DNA of 64,000 bases from Vicugna vicugna (taxonomy: Eukaryota): assembly GCA_013265495.1 (NCBI GenBank), contig MU058540.1, positions 1,265,696 to 1,329,695 of the forward strand, read 5' to 3'. Both the position numbers and the translations under genes were made by a program. Below the pieces are notes generated by a model. That model searched no databases. It worked only from the letters and a program-made list of their open reading frames with translations, and was not told where the DNA came from. Position 1 is the first letter of the stretch; each line of letters starts with the position of its first letter. Of this stretch, positions 50,901-64,000 are shown one piece after another.

Positions 50901-53743
50901 ACAGAAGTTTGTCATTTTAATAAACTCCAGCTTATCAATTCTTTCTTTCATAGATTGTGCCCCTTTGGTGTTGCATGTGAAAAGTCCTTGCCATACCAAA
51001 GATCATCTAGGTTTTCGTCTATGCTGTCTTCTAGCAGTCTTACAATTTTGCATTTTACATTTAGGTTTATAACCCATTTTGAGTTAATTTTTGTGAAGGA
51101 TGCAAGATCTGTGCGTATTCTTTTTTTTTTTTTTTGCATGCAGGTATCTACTCAATCCAGCACTATTTGTTGAAAAGACTACCAGTATATTTCTCCAGTA
51201 TATTGTCTTTGCTCCTTTGTCAAAGATCAGCCGACTGTATTTGTGTCAGTCTATTTCTGGGCTCTCTATTCTGTTCCATTTGTTTGTTTATTCTTTCACC
51301 ATTACCGCAGTATCTTGATTACTACAGATTTATGCAAGTTTTGAAGTTAGAGAGTATTATTTAGTTCTCCAACTCTGTTCTCCTCCATTACTGAATTGGC
51401 TACTCTAGGTCTTCTGCCTTTCCATATAAAACTTAGAATCAGTTTGTTGATATTGATACAATAACTTTCTGAGATCTTTACTGGGATTGTGTTGAATTTA
51501 CACATCAAGTTAGAAAGAACCAAAATCTTGACAACACTGAGTCTTCCCATCCATGAATACGGAATATCTTGCCACTTATTTCTTCGATTCCTTTCATCAG
51601 AGTTTTGTTGTTTTCCTCATACAGATCTTGTTCATATTTTGATAGATTTATACTTCAGTGTTTTATTTTGGGGGGATGGCAACATAAATGGTAATGTGTT
51701 TTTAATTTCAAATTCAATTTGTTCATTGCTGGTTTATAGGAAAGTAATTAATTTTTGTGTATCAATCTTGTATCCTGCAAACTTGTTAGTACCCTGCAGG
51801 CTTATTAGTTCCAGGGGTTTTTGTTGTTGATTCTTTCAAATTTTCTACATAGATGCCATCTGCAAACAAGGACAGTTTAATTTCTTTCTTCCCAATCTGT
51901 ATACTTTTTATTTCCTTTAATTGTCTTATTGCATTAGCTAGGATTTCCAGTATGACGCTGAAGAGCAGTGGATTTTTCCTTGCCTCACTTCCGATCTCAG
52001 AAGAAAACTTCTGATTTCTCACCATAAAGTATGATATTAGTTAAAGATTTTTGTAAATACTTTTATCAAGTAGAGAAAGATCCTCTCTCTTCCTAGTTTG
52101 CTAAAAGTTTAATCAGGAATGGTGTTGGATTCTGACACATAGTTTTTCTGTATCTGTATGTTAATAGATACAGAAAAATCATATTCATATCAGAACATGT
52201 GACTTTTCTTCTTAACCTGTTGATATGATGGATTATATTAATTGATTTTTGAATGCTGACCAGCCTTGCATATCTGGGATAAATCTTGGTCATGGTGTAT
52301 GTAATTTTTTTATACACAGTTGGATTTGATTTGCTAATATTTTGTTGCAGATTTTTGCATCTATGTTCATGAACGATAACGGTCTGTGATTTTCTTTTCT
52401 TGTAATGTCTGTGTGGTTCTGGTATTAGGGTAATGCTGGTCTCATAGAATGAGTCAGGAAGTATTCTTTCTCCTTCAATCTTCTGGAATTTCAGAGAAGT
52501 AGTATAATGTCTTCCTTAAACGTCTGGTAGAATTCACCAGTGAAGTCATCTGAGTCTGGTGCTTTCTGTTAAGGTTAATTGTTGGTTCAATTTCTTTAAT
52601 AGATATAGGCCTATACAGCTTGTTTATTCTTGTATGAGCTTTGGCAGATTGCATCTTTCAACTAATTGGTTCATTACATCTAGGTTATCAAATTTGTGGA
52701 CAATGCATCTGGTTGTCACCAACATGAGTTGCTCCTAATATTCCTTTATTATCCTTGTAATGTCCATGGGGACTGCAGTGATTTTCCCGCTTTTATTTCT
52801 GATTTTAGTTTATCTGTGTCTTCTTTTTTTCCTTAGTTAGCCTGGCTAGAGGTTTACTGATTTAATTACCTTCCCCCCTTAAAAATACTAGCTTTTGCTT
52901 TTGATCTTTTCTACTTGCAATTTCATTTATTTCTGCCTTTTATTTTATTTTTTCTGCTTGCTTTGGATTTATTTGCTCTTCTTTTTTTCTAGTTTCCTAA
53001 AGTGGGAGCTTAGATTATAGATTTTAGGTCTTTCTTCTTTTCCAATATATGTATTCAATGCTATAAATTTCCCTCTAAGCACTGCTTTTGCTGCATTTCA
53101 TAATTCTGGTAAGTGTTATTTTCATTTTCATTTAGTTCAAAATATTTTTAAATTTCTCTTGAGATTTCTTATTTGATCCATGTGTTACTCAGTAGTGTGG
53201 GGGTTTTCCCACTATCTTTCTGCTGTGGCTTTCTAGTTTAATTCCACTGTGGTCTGAGATGATACACTGTATGATTTCTATTTTTTTTAATTGGTTAAAG
53301 TGTTTTATGGCCCAGAATGTGGTTTATCTTGGTGAATGTTTCACGTGAGCTTGAAAAGAATGTTACCCTGCTGTTGTTGGATGAAGCAGTTTGCAGATGT
53401 CGATTATATCCAGTAGACTGATGGTGTTGTTGAGCTCACCTATATTCTTAATGGTTTTCTGCCTGCTGGCTCTGACCATTTCTGATAGACGAGTATTAGA
53501 AGTCTCCAACTATAATAGTGGATTAATCTATTTCTCCTTGCAATTGATACTCTGTTGTTAGGCACATATACATTAAGGATTATTATGTCTTCCTGGAATA
53601 CAAACCCTTTCATCTTTATATAATACCTCCCCCCACTTAATCCCTGACAATTTTCTTTGGTCTGAAGTCTGCTCTGACTGAATATAGATATTCTTGCTTC
53701 CCCTGGATTAGTGTTAGCATGGTATATCTTTTTCCATCCTTTT

Positions 53744-53745
<2 letters not shown>

Positions 53746-53782
<37 letters not shown>

Positions 53783-53803
53783 GTGTGTGTACACACACAC
53801 ACA
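53746..53803. repeat. (TG)n microsatellite directly abutting (CA)n
   Basis: tgtg...gtgt|acacacacacaca read directly in the sequence. Confidence 0.95.
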
Positions 53804-55392
53804 TATGTATATATATCTTTATATTAGAAATAAGTTTCTTAAAAACATATAGTTGGGTCTTACTTTGTGATCTGTTCTGATAATCTCTTTCTTTTAATTT
53901 GTGTATTTAGACCATTGAGGTTTAAAAGTGGCTACTGATATAGCTGGATTAATACCTACCATATGTGTTACTGTTTTCTATTTGCTGCTCTTGTTCTTTG
54001 TTCTTATTTTTGTCTTCCACTATTTTTCTCCCTGTAAGGTTTTAATTGAGCATTTTATATGATTCCACTTTCTCTGCTTTATCAGCATACCAATTACACT
54101 TTTTTTAAAAGAGGTTGTCAGTTTGCAACATACATTTACAACTAATCCAAATGAAATAATAAATGACACTATACCACTTCGTAGGTAGTGTAAGTATCAC
54201 ACAATTGCAAAATATTCCTAATTTCTCCCTCCTGTCCTTTGTATCATTGCTGTCATTCATTTCACTTATTCAGATGCACATATAACTAAGCACAAGCATA
54301 CAAAATTGATTATACTGCAACAGCTATTATTTTGAACAAATTATGTTAGATCAATTAAGAATAAGAATAAAAGTTTAATTCTACCTCCACTTATTCATTC
54401 TCCAGTATGTTTCCTTTCTTTGTATAAATCTGAGTTTTTGACCTATAGTTTTCCTTTTCTCTGAAAAACTTTTTCACATTTTGGGCAAGGCAAGACTACT
54501 GGCAATAAATTCCCTTAATTTTGGTTTGTCTGAGAAACTATGTCTCCTTAACTTTTGAAGGATAACTTTGCACGGTATAGAATCCTATGTTGGGAGGGTT
54601 TTCTTTTTTCCTCACTATTTTAAATATTTCACTTTACTCTCTTCTTGGTTGAGTGATTTCTGAAGAGAAGTTGTATATAATTTTATCTTTTTTCCTCTAT
54701 TGGTTTTTCTCCTCTGGCTTCTTTCAAGATTTTTTCTTTATCTTTCATTTTCTACATTATAAACACGATATACCTATGTGTAGTTTTGGGGGCATTTGTC
54801 CTGCTTGGTGTTTTCCTAGATTCCTAGATCTGTGGTTTGGTATCTGATGTTAATTTAGGAAAATTCTCAGTCATTATTGCTTCAAGTATTTCTTCTGTTC
54901 GTTTCTTTCTTCTCCTTCTGGTATCCCAGTTACATGTATGTTACAACTTTTGTAGTTGTCCCACAGTTCTTGGATATTCTATTCCATTTTTTCCAGTCCT
55001 TTTTCCTTCTGCTTTTCCATTTTGAAGGACCTATCCTCAAGCTTAGAAAATTCTTTCCTCAGTTGTGCCCAATCTACTAATGAGCCCATCAAAGGCATTC
55101 TTCATTTCTGTTACAGTTTTTGATCACTAGTATTTTTTCATTTCCTTAGAACTTCTACCTTTCTGCTTACATTAGCCATTTGTTCTTTCATGTTCTCTAA
55201 TTTTTCCATTTAAGCCTTTATTATTTATATTAATCACAGATTTTTTAAAATTCCTGGTCTGATAATTGTAACACTCCTGCCATGTCTGTCTGGTTCTAAT
55301 GCTTGTTCAGTCTCTTCAAACTGTGATTTTTGCCTTTTCTTTTTCTATTGAAAGGAGTACATGTTACACTGTGTAAAAGGAACTGCAGAGAA

Positions 55393-55481
55393 CAGTCCTT
55401 TAGTTAAGGTATATGGGGAGGGGAAGCATTCTGCAGTCCTTTAGTTAAGGTACAGGGGGACGGGAAGCATTCTGCAGCCCT
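55393..55481. repeat. 41-bp tandem duplication (two copies plus a partial)
   Basis: cagtcctttagttaaggtatatggggaggggaagcattctg / cagtcctttagttaaggtacagggggacgggaagcattctg / cagccct. Confidence 0.9.
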
Positions 55482-56249
55482 GTATTTGTCTGTCTTTTGA
55501 TGAGCCTGTGCCCCTGACTATGAACTTTGCCAGTGATTCTCATTTTCCCCCATTTATGGGACCAGATGGCTAAGGGGACTGGAGCTGGGCATTTTCCTTC
55601 CCCCAGGTCAGTCAGGCTCTGATAAAACCACAGCAGGTTAGGCTTTGGTAAAATAATTTCTCCTAAGGGCAGACCTTAAAAAAACCCCAGAATATTCTGG
55701 GTAATTCAAAAGTTACTTTCCCTCCTAACCCTGCCAGAAGCATTAGGGGATTTTTTCTCCAATATCCACTGGAAAACCTGGTAGAGATTCTTTAGGTAAA
55801 ACTCACAAAAGTGTGGAGATACTCCTAGAGTCTTTATTTCTCTGGCTTGTTCATACCGAGCCTCCAGCATTTTCTCAGTTATAGTTCTGGTTTTTCTACC
55901 TCCATACTGGTTCCCAGAGAAGTTTCTGCTCATTAGTTTTGGCTCCAGTAAAGTTTAATTCTCTGTATAATTTTCACTGCACATCAAGCTGCACATTCCT
56001 CTGCCTTAGGTACTCCATATAAGCGTTTAACACCTTTCTTGTTGAATGACCTAGAGTCTTTGACTCTACCCCGAAGAACCCATCAGGACTCCAAAGAAAC
56101 AGACCACTGAGATATCTGAGATGGAAAAATCTTAAGAAACTTTTACTCAGAAAGTTCTTACAAGACAAGTTAACAGCTGAGGAAGGATAACTGTGTAAGG
56201 TTTCACAATACAGTCATGTATTTTAACAAGAAGAAAAATAAGCATCTAA

Positions 56250-56480
56250 CACATATTCACTGCTTCCCATGCCAGGTGCTGTTGCGCCTTTTCTAAAACC
56301 TTTTACATGCATTAACTCCTCAAATTCCCTCAAAACCCTATGAGGTAAGTACTGTTTTCCTTATTTTATAGATGAAGAAACCGTGTCATTGAAAGATAAA
56401 ATAATTTCCTGAAGGTCACACTGCCATTGCACTGTTGAACTAGAAGTCAAACCCAGACTGCGTGACTTCAAGGCTCATGC
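56250..56480 (-). mobile_element. MIR
   Basis: aaccctatgaggtaagtact...attttatagatgaagaaacc...gaaggtcacac...gtcaaacccagactgcgtgacttca. Confidence 0.7.
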
Positions 56481-57245
56481 TGCTACTCTACTTTCCTTCT
56501 TCACTAAAAAAGAATATTTAAGAATTTAACTATAAATAAGCCAAATAAGTTATGGTTTGTTCATTCTTGGTAAGCAGCCCAGATTCTGTTTTTGAGATGA
56601 CCCTCTAATTTATTTTATTACTTGATAATTATTCATATGCCTTGCCCCAACCCAGCAAAAAGAATTATTAACCTATAGAGACAAAAAATACAGTAGTGGC
56701 TGCCAAAGGCTATACGAATGGGGAGTGACTACTTAATGGGTATATGGGGTTTCCCTATGGGGTGATAAAAATGTGTGAGAACTAAACAGATGACAGTTGG
56801 AAAATACTATGACTGTATTAAATGTCAATGAATTGTACACTTTAAAGTGGTTAATTTGTTGTGTGAATTTTATCTCAATTTGAAAAAAAGAATAATCTAC
56901 AATATCTTAGTTAACAGTAATCCAATGGAATGGTATGCAGCTACTAAAAATCGTGATTTTGAAGGTAATGACAAGAAGGAAAGGTTCTAAAATACTAGTG
57001 AATGGGAAAAAAGTAGGTTATATAACTATATGTAGCACAATACCAAATTTGAAAAAAAAATTTTTTTTGCATTTAATATTTGGATACGTACACTAATATC
57101 TGGATACTGTATCTGTATTTCAGAATAAATGGTTTTCTTTCTTTATATTTTCTGCATCTTCTGAGTCATACATTTATTTTATTATCAGAACAAATACATT
57201 TTTTAAAGAATTTAACCACAAATAACTAATATGTTCAGTGATGTA

Positions 57246-57761
57246 GATGTGGTGTGTATGTATACATATATATATTCCATGTATATAATGAAATATTACT
57301 CAGCCATAAAAAAGAATAAACAATGCCATTTGCCGCTACATGGATGGACCTAGAGATTATCGTATTAGGTGAAGTGGGTCAGAGAGGGACAAGTATCATA
57401 TGATGTTGCTTATGTGCAAAATCTAGAAGGAAAAAAGACAAATTTTATTTGAGAACCAGAAATAGACTCATAAACATAGATAAACTGTGGTACCACAGGG
57501 GGGTGTGGGGAGAGAATGGACTAGGAGTTTGGGACTGGCAAATACACACTGCTATGAATAGGATAGATGGACAACAGGGGCCTACTATACAGCACTGGGA
57601 ACTATATTCAGTTTCTGTAATACAAAACTGTGAGCTGTAATGGAAGAGAATCTGAAATCATGTATGTATGTGTCTATATGTGTATGGCTGGGTTGCTTTG
57701 CTGTACATCTGAAACTAATGTTGCAAATCAACTACATTTCAATAAAAAGTAAGAATTTAAA
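57246..57761 (+). mobile_element. Cetartiodactyl-type L1 3' end (~515 bp)
   Basis: tactcagccataaaaaagaa...catggatggacctagagattat...actatacagcactgggaactatattc...caaatcaactacatttcaataaaa; flanked by a ~37-bp imperfect direct repeat. Confidence 0.8.
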
Positions 57762-57819
57762 AAATTAATCATAAATAACTAATAAGTTCAGTGATATAAC
57801 TGATTTTAAAGTCCTCAAA

Positions 57820-59570
57820 TAATAAAATAGTTGAACTAAATTCAAATACATCAAAAATTATAATAAATGTGAATAGTCTAAACACACTAATGACAAGACA
57901 GAGATTGCCAGAAATGGGGGGAAAAAAATTAGCCCAACCATATGCTGTCTGTAAGAAACTCCCAAATACAATGATACACACAGGTTGAAGGCAAATGGCA
58001 GGGGAAAGATATATCAAGCAAATGCTAATCAAAGAAAGCTAGCATGGCTATATTAATATCAGACTTCAGAATGAAGAAAATTACCAGCGACAATGAGGGA
58101 CATTACACATAATAAATGAGTCACTTGCCTGGAAGATACAATCTTAAATGTGTATGCACCAAAGAATAGAGCTTCAAAATACATGAACCAAAAACTGACA
58201 GAACTGAAGGAGAAAGAGACAAATCTAAAGCTAAAGTTGGAAGCTTCAACAGTCTTTTCTCAGTAATCGACAGAACTAGTTGATCACCCCAAGCAAAATC
58301 TATAAAGATATAGAGGAACTTGAACAGCATCAACCAACTGGATCTAACTGACATTTATACAAACACTCCGCCCAACAATAGCAAAATATACATTTTTTTG
58401 AGGTACACACGAAATATTCACCAAGATAAATAGTATCTATTGGGTAATAAACACCTTCACAAATTTAAAAGAATTAATCATACAAGGTATGCTCTCTTAA
58501 CATAATGGAATTAAACTAGAAATGCTTAAACAAGATATAAGAAAAATCACCAAATATTTGGAAATTTACACACTTCTATATAATCCATGTCAAACAGGGT
58601 GTCTCAAGGGAAATTAGAAAATATTTTGGACTGAACAGAAATGAAAATATAGTATTTCAAAATTTACGATATGCAGCTAAAAGCAGTACTCTTGAGGGAA
58701 ATTTATAGTTGTTATAGACTAAAAATTCTTATGTTGAAACTTAATCCCCAATGTGTATTTCGAAGTTGGACCTTTGAGAGGTGACCAGTTCATGAGGATA
58801 GAGCCCTCATGAATGGGATTAATACTCTCATGAAAAAAGATCCCAGAGAAAAATACAGCGAGAAGACAGCCATCTTGTGAAGTAGGAAGCTGGCTCTCAC
58901 CAGAAACTGAATCTGCCAGCGTCTCACTCTTAGACTCCTCAGACTCCAGAAATGTGAGAAATAAATTTCTTTTGTTTATAAGCCACTGTCTAGAGTAGTT
59001 TATTATAGCAGCCTGAACAGACTAAGACAATAGTATTAAACATCTACATTATAAAAGAAAGTTCTCTAATCAACGACCCCAAGCTTCCATTTTAAGAAAC
59101 TAGAAAAAGAATAAAATAAATCCAAGTCAAGCAGAAAGAGGGAAATCATGAAATTAAGAGCAGAAATCCATGTAATCAAAAACAGGAAAATAGAAAAAAA
59201 TCAATGAAACCAATGAAACCAAATGTTGGTTTTCTTAGAATTAAGATATCTCTCAAGATTATTAAAGAAAAAAAGAGAGGAGACACAAAACATCAAGAAT
59301 GAAAGAGAGGATTATCACTGTAGACACAGAAGGCACTAAAATGATAATAAACAAACAATTCTACATACAAAAATTCAACAATTTAGTGAACAGGATCAAT
59401 TCCTTGAAATTACCCAAGTCACCCAAGATGAAAGATAACCTGAACAGATCTGTAACTATAAATTTAAATTGAATTAGTAATTTAAAATCTTCAAAAAAGA
59501 AGGCCCAGAAGATTTCACTGGCAAATTCTTCAAAAGAAGAATTCTATAGTTTGTTACAGAAAAAATTTAA
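57820..59570 (+). mobile_element. Old L1 ORF2 (endonuclease region) fragment, interrupted by an MLT1 LTR
   Basis: Degenerate endonuclease-domain motifs (aatgtgaatagtctaaac, ccatatgctgtctgtaagaaact, aaatgtgtatgcaccaaag) resuming after 59034. Confidence 0.8.
58710..59029 (+). mobile_element. MaLR solo LTR (MLT1A-like)
   Basis: TG...CA termini, gagccctcatgaatgggattaat, aataaatttc, end tatagcagcctgaacagactaagaca; 5-bp TSD ATAGT at 58705-58709 and 59030-59034. Confidence 0.9.
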
Positions 59571-59599
59571 AATAAAATTGGTACAACACACCAGAGTTT

Positions 59600-59720
59600 A
59601 TAGAGCTGCAGGCCACTAGCCACATATAGCTACTGAATACCTGAAATATAGCTAGAATCACATATTGAAATGATAATCTTTTAGCTATACTGAGTTAAAT
59701 AAAATGTACTATTAAAGTAC
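59600..59720. mobile_element. MER3/MER33-like hAT fragment
   Basis: gccactagccacatatagctactgaatacctgaaatatagctag...gttaaataaaatgtactattaaa. Confidence 0.6.
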
Positions 59721-60472
59721 ATTTAAAGTCTTCAAGTAAGACTTAGGTCAGAAATAAGATCTGCTTTCATAATCACTTCTGATTTCTAAAAAAAAAGAGA
59801 ACTATAAAACTAAAAAGGAAAAAATGACTTTGAAGTGTCTACTAAGCCAAAGCCTGACACACTTTAGAATTCAACTACTTTTAACACTATCTCAAAACAA
59901 AGTACAGGAAAAACTCTCAGAAATCGTAAGAGGAAACTCGAAGGATAATGATCGCTACAAAGTAAAATCCAGAGGTTAACAGGTTCAGAGCATTCCTACC
60001 TGGAGCCAAATGTCCAACATTGGCATTCTCTTTGTAAAGAAAGGAAACATAAGCTCTTTAAAGTTAAAAGAAAAAAAAATTAAGAGACCTTTAAAAATTT
60101 GGGGGGGGGGGATTTTTTTCAAGATAAAGATTGCAGAATGAACTAATTTCTAAGTGATAAATATCTTTGCATTCCAAGGAAAAACTCATTAGCGCATCGT
60201 GTGGCTAGTATCAAAGCATCATTACAGGAACAGAATACAATCTGCTTTCAGTAAGAAGATATCCTCTTCAAGGATTCCCAGCTTTAACTATAAGACCAAT
60301 AGGGTGTTCTAAAAATAAAATAATGGCTACATTCTGAGCAATAATTAAAGAATATAAACTGCATCATAAAAATTATGATATCAGATAAAGCTTAAGAGTC
60401 CTATACATCAATTATTTTAGATACTAATCACCATTTTGTTAAAAAAAAAACAAACACATATTTTTTAGTAGT

Positions 60473-61027
60473 TATATAGTCTCTCCTCATCCACAGTTTC
60501 ACTTTGTGCTGTTTCAGTTATCCAGAGCCAATCTCAATCTGGAAATACTAAATGGAAAATTCCAGAAATACACAATTCGTAAGTTATAAATTGCACGACA
60601 TTCTAAGTGGCGTGATGAAATCTCACACGACCCTGTTCTATCTCACCTGGGATCCCCAACCACTGACATCATCTACTCCTGTCCGACCACTCCCACCATC
60701 ATGGCTTGATGATTCAAGATCCCCCAAAGCAAATGATCCTCCCTGTAGGCATTTTATCATCTCACATCATCATAAAAAGGGTGAGTACAAACAATAAGAT
60801 ATTTTGAGAGTGAGAGAGAGGGGAAGAGACACCACAGTTAAATAACTCCTACTACAGCATATTGTTATAACTGTTCTATTTTATTATTAGTTATTGTTAA
60901 TCTATTATACCTAATTCATAAATTAAACTTTATCATAGGTATGTACATACTGGAAAAACATAGTATATACAGAGTTCAGCACTATCTGTAGTTTTAAGCA
61001 TCCACTGTGGGTCTAGGGGGATTACTG
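60473..61027 (+). mobile_element. Second, shorter MER44-type (Tigger7-derived) element
   Basis: Same left arm as the 40319 copy (aaatggaaaattccagaaatacacaattcgtaag) and right end gggggattactg followed by TA; ~555 bp. Confidence 0.8.
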
Positions 61028-62865
61028 TACTGATAAATTAGGTATTCACCATGATTTGAACAAGAAGCAATTATGCTTGCTTCCGTGTTTATAAGAGACA
61101 TTCTGTGGTCTGATTCAGTGGCAAGTATACACAATAGCACTTACTAAAAATTCCCATCACACTAAAACCTTAAGAATTTCTCATCTGAAAGAATTTCAGC
61201 CTATATGTATACTTCTCTGTAACAGGGAAATGTACATATCTCCTCCATTGTAAGTCTTACTTTCTGCCTCATTTTTAATGTTTCTGAAATCAAAATGCAT
61301 CATATGATCAAATGTTCATTTAATATAATGGCTCTACTCTTATCCCAAGAAAAGTAGTCATTAAAGCAATGATGCATAGTAAAATTACTGTCACATAAGA
61401 ATCAAAGAAGTGCAGAAAGTTTTATGTGTATATGTTTTACTATGATAGGGATATACTCTCTAAGTAACTACTTTTTAACTAGATTCAACCTTAGCTATAG
61501 CCCTTATCAATGTATACAAACAAAAAAATTAAGGATTATAAATATATTTTTTAAAAAGCAAATTATGCCTAAGCATTTTTTAAATGGCCAGTGGTTTTAC
61601 AACTATTTATTTTCTTTTTAACAATAAGTATATCAATATTTTAATAAAGAATTATATTTGGTTAAAATTTTTTTAAGGACCTGTCAATTCCAAAATTCAG
61701 AATCCTTGGAACTTAACATTCCAGATCAACATTCCAGGCTACCATAAGAAAAAAAGATGTTACTTTCAAATTATATTTTTACCCTTCTATCAAATCTTTA
61801 GATATATAGTTGATCTACTGAGAAATAATAAAACTAATCATAAGACAGTGTTAGCAGTAACAGTTCACACTAAAACAGCTTCATATCTGGACATGCAAAT
61901 GTTTCATTTGATTTCTTGATTTTCCATACTCCACAGCGGGGCCCACATATCTGCTTTTTATAGATTAATCTGAACAGTACACCACTTAACACTGCCTTTG
62001 ACTCATGCGGAAGGAACTACCTGAACATGACCACCAAACAATTATGACCATCTGATGTCAGTACAACCAATGGTAGCCTTCCTTCTATAAAGTTGAAGTA
62101 GCCCATCACCTTTTAAACTTAACACAAACCTTATAACATAAAGATATTTAAGGATTTCAGATCTCATTTACATATTGAAATGTTCCTATAAAAAAGCATT
62201 GCCCACACAAGTCACAGTCAGCTTAAGCTTAGCATTTCTTTTATTAAAAAAGAAATCTAATTTTCAAGGGGTACTCATATTTCTGATACTGGAGGGTTCT
62301 AAAGATCAGAATTGAAGAGAGAGCATCTTAATGAGATCTTCTAAAAGCAAATGAGGCAGGCTTTTTGTTGTTGATTTTCCTTTTTGTCTCCTTGTCTCAC
62401 TGAATGCCTTAAGAGTCTGTCCATATAGTCTTGGTCACTGATGCATCCTCACACCTACCTCATGGAAGAGGCTAAGAAAACATGAATTGAATGAATTCCC
62501 CCATACAGATTATGATATATCTACAGATCTTAACGTTTTGCTTGATGGATATATTGCCATGCACATGGCTGTTACCCTGGGACACCATGCCGCTTCCAGG
62601 TTTGTTGTTGCCGTAGGTTTTTGAGTGCAACATAAAAGACAGACATTCTAAGGTGGGGTCAATAGGCAAAAGGCAAGAGAACTGGTAGAAATACCAAGTA
62701 TAACAGCATCTAAATAGAAGACACCTGCGTACAGTCTAGAACAGTCTATATAAAATCAGAGCTTCTCTTATAACGTAAGTCAAAACAAGGGGAGAAGAAT
62801 GAGGAGGGGCAGTCCTGCACTACCTGGTTAGGAGAACATTCCGTAAACTGAAGAAGCTGGAAGAA

Positions 62866-63093
62866 NNNNNNNNNNNNNNNNNNNNNNNNNNNNNNNNNNN
62901 NNNNNNNNNNNNNNNNNNNNNNNNNNNNNNNNNNNNNNNNNNNNNNNNNNNNNNNNNNNNNNNNNNNNNNNNNNNNNNNNNNNNNNNNNNNNNNNNNNNN
63001 NNNNNNNNNNNNNNNNNNNNNNNNNNNNNNNNNNNNNNNNNNNNNNNNNNNNNNNNNNNNNNNNNNNNNNNNNNNNNNNNNNNNNNNNNNNNN
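62866..63093. other. Assembly gap (228 N)
   Basis: Run of N flanked on both sides by GAA-rich sequence containing agctggaagaa. Confidence 0.99.
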
Positions 63094-64000
63094 AAGAAGC
63101 AGCTGGAAGAACTTACAAAGCTTTTAAGAAATAAACAGTGTGGTTTACACACTGCACTCATTAAGTTTCCTAACCCATGGGACTATATCATATATTATGG
63201 TTTGTGAGCTTAATAAGGGAAGTTCCATGTCTAACATCTGAGAAAATTAAGTGAATAATGTGTAAGTATTTAATTTACATGTGAAATGTCCCTAAGGACC
63301 CACATGAGGCATTTAAGAAGGGCTGTTTCAAGTGGGAGAAACCATCATTAGCACGTGGTAACTGGACTATCATGTGACCTTAGCTTACTTCACAACTAGA
63401 ATCCCGCTGCATTAGAAGGAACCGTCACAGTGCAGGGGTATATTTCTCCAATGGAATTGTGGAAGAGGGCATTCTACTAGGAAAAGGGGAGAGATGTTAC
63501 TGTTTGTACATAGGCTAAAATGGGGACAGCCACTCAAGGTGCTTATTCCTTCCCAAGAGGCAAGTGTCCTATAGGAACTGTGTACCTTCTAGCAGGCAGG
63601 AACTCCCTGGGGAACACTGATTATTTAATCAACTACCTAAGAGTCGAACTGCCAGTCTCAGCTTGACCCTCATTCCCACACACTCTGGCAATGGAGAGGA
63701 CTTGGGGACCATATAACCTCTGCCTCCCTAAATCCTGAGAAGTGCCAAAACCCTGGAGCCAAAGTTTCCCTGTGAACCCTACCTAGTAGTGCCCAATAAC
63801 AAAGATCATAAACCTACTTTTGTTAATTTGTAACTATACTTTTCATAACTAATTTATAACTCTTACTGAAACTCAGACAAATCATTAATTATCTCTGGTC
63901 TTTAGTTTCCTCATCCATCCATAAAATGTAGCTAGTATTTCCCTCATAAAGTAATTTATATGAAAAACTACAATGCAATGCCTGACAAGCAGTAGGTATT

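Larger units (their letters stand above)
49865..55970 (-). mobile_element. Near full-length degenerate old L1 (L1MC-like 3' end), sense to ILRUN
   Basis: 3' end ctttatttttaaagtagatgtaggttcacagcaaaactg; ORF2 remnants in the ORF track (e.g. 50697-50999, 51347-51550, 53440-53802 endonuclease-like IKGWKKIYHANTN...IIILNVYVPNN); ORF1-like and 5' region around 54500-55970. The 5' boundary is approximate. Confidence 0.85.

Noticed and set aside
62866..63093. Missing upstream ILRUN exon hidden in the N gap
   Set aside because: Flanks look like a purine repeat rather than exon boundaries; the exon more likely lies beyond the window. Cannot be fully excluded.

Overview
Mammalian genomic DNA, most likely camelid (a tRNA-Ala-derived vic-1-type SINE and camelid/cetartiodactyl-type L1 3' ends; I saw no Alu, BovB or PRE-1). 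The only protein-coding gene I can support is the 3' part of ILRUN (C6orf106) on the minus strand: the penultimate coding exon (38049-38377), the last exon (coding 22774-22809) and a ~3.2 kb 3'UTR ending near 19560. Upstream ILRUN exons are not in the window. Positions 1-19.5 kb are GC-rich, MIR/L2-rich intergenic DNA; by human synteny (from memory) SPDEF should lie just left of the window, but I found no SPDEF exon. The large upstream intron holds full-length processed pseudogenes of RPS6 and RPS29 with clear target-site duplications (TSDs), two Tigger7/MER44 elements, a ~6 kb old L1, other L1 pieces, an MLT1 solo LTR and a 228-bp assembly gap. The most interesting signal is in the last ILRUN intron: a candidate 81-nt cassette exon (37447-37527) that would swap the C-terminus, and whose body forms a perfect 17-bp (extendable) duplex with an upstream intronic element, looping out its own 3' splice site. 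Repeat subfamily names and human comparisons are from memory, not database searches; boundaries of old repeats are approximate.
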